64,000 bases of DNA from a virus: the IMG/VR virus record IMGVR_UViG_3300028783_000001, positions 96,001 through 160,000 of that record. The stretch is one strand, 5' to 3'. Positions 27,834-35,013 of this stretch are shown piece by piece (position 1 is the stretch's first letter; every line of letters begins with the position of its first letter). A program made the translations under genes and the position numbers. The notes beneath the pieces are model-generated. The model was not told the origin of the DNA, searched no databases, and was given only the letters and a program-made list of their open reading frames with translations.

Positions 27834-28870
27834 GAGGTTGCTCCTTGCTTGGTTAAGCCCATCGCGGAGTATTTCATCCTGACGGATTCGAGAGATGTGG
27901 TGTCTATTGGAATGAGAACTGTTCCATGCCTCTTACTAAATTGGCGGATAGCTACCTCCAACTTAGCTGGCGACATCTCACTACCACCACCTTTATAGTT
28001 GTTATCGGCAGAAGAAAGGACCTGAAGGTTTGCTGGGTGGCATAGCATGCTCCACGGAGTCTGCTTTCCATCATGTGAGTAGCCGTCGGCAACACTAATA
28101 ATATGATCGACGACGTAACCCTTCGAGTTTAAATCTTTTGCGTTGCGTATTAGATTGCCGTACTTTGATATCATGACATTAGTATAGTGTCGAACCCTCA
28201 TGCGATAGGTCGACTTGTCTAACGGCTGGTCCACAACAAGTCGGTTTGGATGAATCCACTCAACTCGTACAGGATTTGCGTGTAGCTTACGTCCGTTAGC
28301 ATAGCTTCGACTCTGCTTAGCCCGCTTGTTATTCCACATTCCATACGCAGTTAGAAGCGACTTGGCCCGTGGACATCCGGCTAGACGTTGAATCTGAATC
28401 GAGCTAAGGTCTTTTATCTGGCGTAGGTAGATCATGTAGTAGATGTTGTACCTATTTGCGCTACGCGACTGCGTCCTAATACCAACTAAGCAATCTGGTG
28501 GTATCCATAAACCATCAATTATCCGGTTTAGACGGGCCGTATTTAGGATTGGCAACTTGCGCGAGGGCCTTACCACTAAGTTGTTACTGACTAGTACATT
28601 CTGGATCTTATAAGCAACCTCGCGAGCACCGAATCCACAGGGAACACCGACCCTAGTTAGTGCAATATGTGGTGGGTCTCCTAGAACCATTCGTCGCGTA
28701 ATATAGGCAAGCTCGTCATAGGACATAAGCTGAGAGGTAGATTGTTGTGGCAATTCCGTCTGTACCGTATTTGCCCACTCAAGTACCATGTCTATTGACA
28801 CTCCCTTCAATGCGAGGGAATGTCTACACCAACGATCTGGATGCTTGATTGGATCGACCCTGAACTTCAT
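27830..28870 (-). CDS. Free-standing HNH homing endonuclease
   Basis: C-terminal YVVDHIISV..G..LCHPANLQVLSSADNNYKG HNH motif; basic N-terminal region. Confidence 0.85.
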   Translation of the reverse strand: MKFRVDPIKHPDRWCRHSLALKGVSIDMVLEWANTVQTELPQQSTSQLMSYDELAYITRRMVLGDPPHIALTRVGVPCGFGAREVAYKIQNVLVSNNLVVRPSRKLPILNTARLNRIIDGLWIPPDCLVGIRTQSRSANRYNIYYMIYLRQIKDLSSIQIQRLAGCPRAKSLLTAYGMWNNKRAKQSRSYANGRKLHANPVRVEWIHPNRLVVDQPLDKSTYRMRVRHYTNVMISKYGNLIRNAKDLNSKGYVVDHIISVADGYSHDGKQTPWSMLCHPANLQVLSSADNNYKGGGSEMSPAKLEVAIRQFSKRHGTVLIPIDTTSLESVRMKYSAMGLTKQGATS

Positions 28871-28914
28871 CTACACACGCCGGGAGAAACTCTGAAAGTC
28901 ATGGTATTGCTCCT
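28867..28914 (-). repeat. Upstream copy of the sheath RBS and first 26 nt; 11-aa mini-ORF MTFRVSPGVCR
   Basis: AGGAGCAAtacCATGACTTTCAGAGTtTCtCCCGGCGT (28914-28877) vs AGGAGCAAcctCATGACTTTCAGAGTgTCaCCCGGCGT (27845-27808), 33/38 identical. Confidence 0.95.
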
Positions 28915-28965
28915 GTATTACGTGTGGCTTGGTCTACACCAAGGCTCTCATAAGTTTTAACACCG

Positions 28966-29247
28966 TCAGCGCATGGCACCGATCTCATTGCGGAGCCTTA
29001 CCGCTTCCTCTGCACTCTTCGGCGGACGGATAGACGGCTCTGGGATTGGGCGGCTAGGTACGATGGTCGTTGGATCGATCAGCTCTGGCTTGGCATTCTT
29101 GTCGACGTGGACGCGCACGTGGTTTGGAACGTGCCAGCCAAACTTATCAGCTACCCTGACTCGCATGGCCTTAGCTGGAACGTGTACGCTATCGCCGTCA
29201 AACGACTTCAGGACAATGGCGTGGTCTTTGGGGTTTGATATGATCAT
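28966..29247 (-). CDS. Hypothetical protein (probably virion-associated)
   Basis: 93 aa ORF with AAGGA RBS upstream of the sheath gene. Confidence 0.6.
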   Translation of the reverse strand: MIISNPKDHAIVLKSFDGDSVHVPAKAMRVRVADKFGWHVPNHVRVHVDKNAKPELIDPTTIVPSRPIPEPSIRPPKSAEEAVRLRNEIGAMR

Positions 29248-29262
29248 GGTGGGTTCCTTGTT

Positions 29263-29622
29263 TCAGGATAGTGTAATTATGCGCGCGAGGGCGCTTGGGG
29301 TTCCGGTGGAGGCAGCGTTGCGGATGTATGGTGCCGCAAGAGCACTCGATACTACTGCTAGCTGGTTAACTGGAATCTCAACAGTGGCTGCAACTGGCAG
29401 GGTCTGCGTCCACCCAAGAATGAGTGATAATTTGGCGTCGCAGTCAACTACCACGGCAATACCATCTGTAGGAAGGTAGGTGATAGCACCTGGAGCAAGA
29501 CTCAATACCTGGTCCGAATAGGTCGTGCATGCCCAGTAAGCCGCGACATTACCGATTAGACGGCGCGCAAGACGCTCGGCAATCTCAATCGTGGAGCGCA
29601 TGGTAAACGTCGGTCCAGACAA
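29263..29622 (-). CDS. Hypothetical virion protein
   Basis: Likely TTG start 29622 after GAGGAG; beta-rich; the longer ORF-track start overlaps the previous gene. Confidence 0.55.
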   Translation of the reverse strand: MSGPTFTMRSTIEIAERLARRLIGNVAAYWACTTYSDQVLSLAPGAITYLPTDGIAVVVDCDAKLSLILGWTQTLPVAATVEIPVNQLAVVSSALAAPYIRNAASTGTPSALARIITLS

Positions 29623-29671
29623 GTGCAGTCTCCTCAGTAGTTGGGCTCGTACTTCAAATTGGTCGGAACTG

Positions 29672-30418
29672 CTAATACTCTGGTTCGTTGACGACCTTGG
29701 TAAAGTTTTGCTCAGCAACCACGATGCCATTCTCTGGATTCGCGATGACTTCGAGGAAGTTTTGCTCGGTGACCTTGATATTGGGCTTGAGAATATTGAC
29801 CGTATGTTCGATGACGCGGATAGATGGACAGCGCCATAGGAAGCCTGAGTATGCTTCAACCTTGAGATTGGTCGTAAGTTTGAACTGATCTGAGCCTCCA
29901 GCGCCAGGTGCTGGTGTAGGAACGGTGACAGTCTTGTCCATGGTGAGCTTAATCTTGAAACTCAGCTTCGTTGACTCAGTGGCCAGGGTAAACGCTAAAT
30001 TCTCCGTGGACATCCAGCGGTCGATCATGCGTAGCATGGTGAGGATGTCGTCGGTTAAAAACGTTGCCTGGAATGTCATCAGGACCGGAGCAACCTTAGC
30101 CATGATCCAGTAGTCGCGCGTATCGTCTACCTGCATCGGATAGCCGTGCTGACGCATGGCGGTTGGATTGAAGCTGCCAGTATTTGGCTCGACCTGCATT
30201 ATGCTCACACCGATGACGGGTAGCGCAAGCGGCTTCTCCTGCTGCAGTATCATGCGTTCCAATGCATCAGGATTCGCGACTGGAATTACCTGGATGTCCT
30301 TCGGACCGATGATCTTGCTCTGAGCAGAGTACATCTTCTTAATGACGGCGAGCACGCCCTCCCAGCTCTCCACAAATAGTGGAGCACGTTCTACGCGAGG
30401 GGTTCCCTCGGTGGTCAC
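29672..30418 (-). CDS. Tail terminator / neck protein (gp15-like)
   Basis: LALPVIGVSI..APVLMTFQATF...LKVEAY pattern; lies between capsid and sheath genes. Confidence 0.55.
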   Translation of the reverse strand: MTTEGTPRVERAPLFVESWEGVLAVIKKMYSAQSKIIGPKDIQVIPVANPDALERMILQQEKPLALPVIGVSIMQVEPNTGSFNPTAMRQHGYPMQVDDTRDYWIMAKVAPVLMTFQATFLTDDILTMLRMIDRWMSTENLAFTLATESTKLSFKIKLTMDKTVTVPTPAPGAGGSDQFKLTTNLKVEAYSGFLWRCPSIRVIEHTVNILKPNIKVTEQNFLEVIANPENGIVVAEQNFTKVVNEPEY

Positions 30419-30894
30419 GTGAACCTGCGAAAGTTTGTAATAGCGCGACGCGCAACCCGCTCAGTATCCGCAACGAAGGTGGCTATTCCGCTGGTTGCCT
30501 GGAGGTTTGGTGCACCGGCGTCTTGCTCTTCCTCTGGCTGATCCTCTACGTGGTCGTGGTCCACCAGTCCCTCATCAGCTGGGTTTGACGCATCAGAATC
30601 CTCGTCAACTGGATCTGCTGAGTCGTCATCGTAAGTTTCGTCGGGTATCTGCGGATCGACGGGTGCGCCGTCGTTGTTCAACACCTCAGGATCGTTGCCC
30701 ATCATCTCAGCGTCGTCAATCTCTTGCCGAATAGCGGCGGTCAGTGCGTTGAAGAATGGGCCCGCCTTTGGGTGCGTCAGGACCTTAATGGCCAGCTCAA
30801 CAGCCCTACCCAGCGCGGCGTCATCACCAGACGCAATGGCGGCGAGTGCTGCCTTGCGTGATACGATTAGCATGTCTGCGATTGGGTGCGGCAT
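30415..30894 (-). CDS. Acidic hypothetical protein (possible internal head protein)
   Basis: 159 aa with Asp/Glu-rich core. Confidence 0.55.
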   Translation of the reverse strand: MPHPIADMLIVSRKAALAAIASGDDAALGRAVELAIKVLTHPKAGPFFNALTAAIRQEIDDAEMMGNDPEVLNNDGAPVDPQIPDETYDDDSADPVDEDSDASNPADEGLVDHDHVEDQPEEEQDAGAPNLQATSGIATFVADTERVARRAITNFRRFT

Positions 30895-30903
30895 TATTAG
30901 TCC

Positions 30904-31866
30904 TCACTTAAGGGTATTGGCATCTTCGTTTCTAGATGTCATATAGCGAGCCCACTCGCGCTCCAACGGTGGATTTGATCCAGAAAACTCCACGACGCCG
31001 TAGGTGTTGCGCTTTAGATCGCGATGCGGGTCGAAGTCGTATTTCAAGAACATTCCCCAGCGAGCATTGTAACCACGATCAACCTTGCGACCGTGAAATG
31101 GGTGGTCAATGAGCTCGTCCACAAAGCCAATCTTCTTGTTGACCTGCGCACAGGCGCGCTCCTGCCAGGTCATAACTGCATCGTGGTAATTTTTATTCGT
31201 TCCAGGTGGCATGGACATCTCGGCGTCGCCTATTAGCCCAAGAGCCATGTGATGGTCTCCCGCACCTACACCACCGATGTCAAATAGCCCACCAATCATG
31301 TCTAGGATGCTTCGTAGCCAGCCCCATGCAAATCCGGGATGCGGATAGTCGTAGGGGCTGTTGGTCAACTGTAGCGTCTTGGTGTCAAACGTTGGAACTA
31401 CCGGATGACCAGCGTGATACTGAGATGCAAAGCTCTTGTAGCTGGCAAGCAGCTCGTTGTTTGGCCCGAGATCGTGTACGACGCTCCATGGCTGAACCAC
31501 GGGGTAGAGATCTAATGCATGGATTGTCTTGGTCGCCCAACCAGCGTTGCGCCACTTGATATCGGCGTCGGCGGTAACGATGTGCTGCGCGTCGTGAGGC
31601 AATCGGTTAATACCAAGAGTCATCAACGATTCCTTGCACCACGCCTGAGTGGTGGCTTTAACCTGAACGTAGTTTACACGCTCATGTGCGCCAAGATCGG
31701 CTAGCTCATACTCACGAGATCCGTGCGCGCATTCGACTAGCGTAACTCGGACGTTTGGCTCTCGCAGCCATGACTGGACTGCTTCACGAGCTAGGCGGAT
31801 GCGGCTCTCCCACCCAACGGGATTTGATACGACGGTGACGACATCTAAGATACAGTGGCTTGACAT
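30904..31866 (-). CDS. GT-A fold glycosyltransferase
   Basis: Likely start ATG 31866; VTLVECA, WCKESLM..G, DADI (DxD motif), HPGFAW, GGLFD..GAGD. Confidence 0.7.
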   Translation of the reverse strand: MSSHCILDVVTVVSNPVGWESRIRLAREAVQSWLREPNVRVTLVECAHGSREYELADLGAHERVNYVQVKATTQAWCKESLMTLGINRLPHDAQHIVTADADIKWRNAGWATKTIHALDLYPVVQPWSVVHDLGPNNELLASYKSFASQYHAGHPVVPTFDTKTLQLTNSPYDYPHPGFAWGWLRSILDMIGGLFDIGGVGAGDHHMALGLIGDAEMSMPPGTNKNYHDAVMTWQERACAQVNKKIGFVDELIDHPFHGRKVDRGYNARWGMFLKYDFDPHRDLKRNTYGVVEFSGSNPPLEREWARYMTSRNEDANTLK

Positions 31867-31892
31867 GCGGATTGCCCTTCTGACTAGGAATG

Positions 31893-32948
31893 CTACACGG
31901 GAAGGCCAGTAGCCAAGGCTAACTGGTATTTGTCCATCTTGATCCATTCAAGTGGAAGCTTAATGCGATGACCCTTTTGATTGTACAAGTGTATTATGAA
32001 GCGAAAGCCCTTCTTGATACACTGTCGCGCCTTAGCTTGATTCTTCTCTAGCAGATGTTCTCCAAAGAACGATCCATCGACGTCGCGATTTAGCCCCATT
32101 GTAGCAACGCCTTTGACCTCTATGATCGTGTTCCTTGACTTGATATAGAAGTCTGGTGTATAGGTCCGCCAGGTTCCCTCAAACTTGTAACGTATCTTGG
32201 GAATCTCAGCATCATGTGCAGTGACTATATCATAGAGTGGGAATCGTTCGGCGAGCTTACGCAGCGTTATTGGCTCGTGCCCCTGACACGTAAACGTCTC
32301 GCCACCTACCTCGACCTTCTTGTTGATACAGAATACGACGGGGAAGCATTTCGGGCACCTATTTAAGCCGGCAGTAAGTGACCTTGAACTTCCTTCGTAA
32401 TCGTAGCCGCACTTATGCCTGATCATTATCCTACGCACATGACCATTCTCATTTTTAATTAGACTTGTAACTTGGTAATTGTCGCTTCCGTGAACTTTGT
32501 TAACATCAGTTTGAATACCATCAATAGTGAGTTTTCCTGCACTACCAGACCCGTTGCAGTAAGGGCAACCCCTTGTTAGGTTAAATGAGTCGCGCGTTGT
32601 CCTAAACGTCTGGTCGCACGCTACATGTCTATAGGTACACTTCGACCCCTTACCTTTGACGAACCTTACTAGCTCGAAGTCGTGTCCGCGCGCGTCCAGT
32701 ATTTCTGCTCGGTGCATCTCCGGCGTCACTACCATGACGCGCTTGTGTTCACAGGGACAGTGGGCTGTGGGATTCTTGCGCATCAAATTCTCTATGCGCA
32801 CCTTGAACTCGTTTCCGCAGTTATGTCTGACTATGCGATAGCCGTCGGCTCCTACGTTGCCAACTATAATATATGTGCCTCTGCCGCGTTTGTCGTCAAG
32901 TGCGGCCTGAAGCTGGTTATTGGTACGTGGTTTTGGTCCGGTCTTCAT
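31893..32948 (-). CDS. Free-standing homing endonuclease-like protein: Zn-ribbon repeats plus PD-(D/E)xK domain
   Basis: Three H.C...CPxC repeats; C-terminal YTPDFYI..IIEVKG. Confidence 0.8.
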   Translation of the reverse strand: MKTGPKPRTNNQLQAALDDKRGRGTYIIVGNVGADGYRIVRHNCGNEFKVRIENLMRKNPTAHCPCEHKRVMVVTPEMHRAEILDARGHDFELVRFVKGKGSKCTYRHVACDQTFRTTRDSFNLTRGCPYCNGSGSAGKLTIDGIQTDVNKVHGSDNYQVTSLIKNENGHVRRIMIRHKCGYDYEGSSRSLTAGLNRCPKCFPVVFCINKKVEVGGETFTCQGHEPITLRKLAERFPLYDIVTAHDAEIPKIRYKFEGTWRTYTPDFYIKSRNTIIEVKGVATMGLNRDVDGSFFGEHLLEKNQAKARQCIKKGFRFIIHLYNQKGHRIKLPLEWIKMDKYQLALATGLPV

Positions 32949-32971
32949 TACTGATCCAATCTAGCAAGGTT

Positions 32972-32993
32972 GGTGGGGGACGTATCCCCCACC
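32972..32993. terminator. Perfect GC hairpin downstream of the capsid gene
   Basis: GGTGGGGGA-CGTA-TCCCCCACC; no clear U-tract on the minus strand. Confidence 0.5.
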
Positions 32994-33020
32994 TCTTGGT
33001 AAATTGGTAACACCCGTATC

Positions 33021-34115
33021 CTAGACGCGCATGAACTTTACAACTGACCGACTGTTCGCGACCGTCTGTGTCAATAATTCGTGAAAAAACCAACCGCGAG
33101 CAGGGATGCCATCGGGATAGGTGTCGATTGGCTTGCTGTTGACTGGACCACGATCGGTGAAGACGCCGTGGTTGACCGGGCTGGACAGGATGTAGCCCGT
33201 GTTCGATGCAACAACGCGCTGCATTGGATCGCGGAAGCCGTCGGTGGTAATGCCCATTCCGAGCAGCGTGCCGAGGAAGCCAGTCTGGACCAACTCGTAA
33301 CGTGTGACGGGATCGAACAGGTTGCCGAAGGCAGCTGCGTTGCCTGCGATGTCCGTCCAGAAGTCGGCGGCCAGGAGCAGGTTCTCGGCCGGCAGACCCC
33401 AGGTGAGGATCGCGGTGCGAGCAGCGGCGAGGTTTGAAGGAGTCATGCCGCCGGAGAGCAGGAACATTGGATTGGAAGCACCAACGCTCTTGTCGAGTAG
33501 ATTGAGATAGGAGCGATCTTCCTGGACGTTGATCTGCTCGATTGCGCGAGCATAGGTGTCGTCCATGATATCCGCAGCGCCTTGGGCAATATCACGCTCT
33601 TCAACGCGAACGTTGCCGAGGATGTAAAACTCTGGCGGATAGAGATATTTCTGGTTGACAATCTGTGGCTGCACGGTAATTGGCGAGGTAGCGACAATTG
33701 CCTGCACGTTTTGGAAGCGAAGCTGCACGCGTGGGATAGCCCCGTTTTGCAGTTCACCCTTCTCCATGAAGCGGCGCATGAAGCCCTCACGCGTTGCGGT
33801 CTCATAGAGAACCGCTCCGATGGTGGCTCCAGTTTCCGCCCACGACGCGGTGGTATGGTCGTAGTAGGAGTCCATGAGCAGCTGAGTGCGGTCTGACGCA
33901 CTCATCGTAGCCGTTTCAGCAACGTCTGGATCAACAAACTTGACGCGGCCGCTAGCGACTTCAGCCATCAGCGTGGCGAAGCTCTGCATGGCTTCGACGT
34001 TGCTGCCGGCGTTCATCTCACCGTTCCCGCCGAACCAGCGCTCGTTTGAGCCTGGACGACGCGATGCTAGGGCCGGTGTCGCCCCACCAGATTTCTTCAT
34101 GATATTGATAGTCAT
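33021..34115 (-). CDS. Major capsid protein (HK97 fold)
   Basis: 364 aa after scaffold and decoration genes; REGFMRR, YLYPPEF, IN.QEDR, TGFLGTLLG..ITTD, RGWF motifs. Confidence 0.8.
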   Translation of the reverse strand: MTINIMKKSGGATPALASRRPGSNERWFGGNGEMNAGSNVEAMQSFATLMAEVASGRVKFVDPDVAETATMSASDRTQLLMDSYYDHTTASWAETGATIGAVLYETATREGFMRRFMEKGELQNGAIPRVQLRFQNVQAIVATSPITVQPQIVNQKYLYPPEFYILGNVRVEERDIAQGAADIMDDTYARAIEQINVQEDRSYLNLLDKSVGASNPMFLLSGGMTPSNLAAARTAILTWGLPAENLLLAADFWTDIAGNAAAFGNLFDPVTRYELVQTGFLGTLLGMGITTDGFRDPMQRVVASNTGYILSSPVNHGVFTDRGPVNSKPIDTYPDGIPARGWFFHELLTQTVANSRSVVKFMRV

Positions 34116-34174
34116 AGGTCATTCTCCTTGATGGGCGCGACGCGCCGCTTACGATGTTAGCTACGCGTAGACTA

Positions 34175-34948
34175 TTAGATTAGTTCTAGGACGAGCCACG
34201 GAACTAGGAAGGTTGGGACTGCCGTAACAATTACGTTTGCAGGAACGAATCCGGCAGCGCTAGCTCCACCACCATCCGCGCTAGTGAATAGGCCATTTGC
34301 AATGCACTTGACCTTTGGGGTATTAGCAACGGACCAGTTAGCAAGCGGATCGAAGCAGTTGGTGGCAACAATACCGTTGCTGATTACACCAGTACGACCA
34401 AGCTGATCCAGCTGAGTCCAACCTGGGTATGAGTCGCCATACTTGACGGACTCTTGCGTCAGGGTCATCGTGTACTGGTAGGTAATGTTGAAGGTAACGC
34501 CAACGTGGGTCGAGTCGAAGGTTAGTGAGGTCAGGCCGGTAGCGGCGTCGGTGCCGTACTGGATATTAGTCGAAGATGCGGCAGAAGATGACACGGTAAC
34601 CATCGCGTTGGTGGCTAGGTCGAATGCGCCGATTAGCGCGGTGTTGCTTGTGGTATGCGAAAGCAGCACTACATATGGTGACGCAGGAACTACAACCTGG
34701 TCAATGAAGGTATCGATCAAAAACTCCTTCTTGGGAGCAATAGCGATGCCGTTGAACACGTCGGTGGTCGTGCCATCGGTGTACTTCACCTTGCCGACCA
34801 TTCCAGGGTAGTTTATGTCGAGGTTGCTGGTGCTCGCTTCGAGGATGCCGGCAAGTCCCATGCCTGAGCGCAGAGCAGCCTGACTTGCGGTCGCCACGTT
34901 GCGCTCAAACGAGATTGCGTGGTTGGATAGTGTCCAGTTAATGGCCAT
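34175..34948 (-). CDS. Capsid decoration / head structural protein
   Basis: Between scaffold and capsid genes; FNGIA..., TNCFDP..NW, VTAVPT..PWLVLE. Confidence 0.6.
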   Translation of the reverse strand: MAINWTLSNHAISFERNVATASQAALRSGMGLAGILEASTSNLDINYPGMVGKVKYTDGTTTDVFNGIAIAPKKEFLIDTFIDQVVVPASPYVVLLSHTTSNTALIGAFDLATNAMVTVSSSAASSTNIQYGTDAATGLTSLTFDSTHVGVTFNITYQYTMTLTQESVKYGDSYPGWTQLDQLGRTGVISNGIVATNCFDPLANWSVANTPKVKCIANGLFTSADGGGASAAGFVPANVIVTAVPTFLVPWLVLELI

Positions 34949-35013
34949 GGTATGTTCTCTCCTGATGTTTATATTTGGTGGGGTCGGTTTCTGCCGACCC
35001 CCGTCTTCACGTG

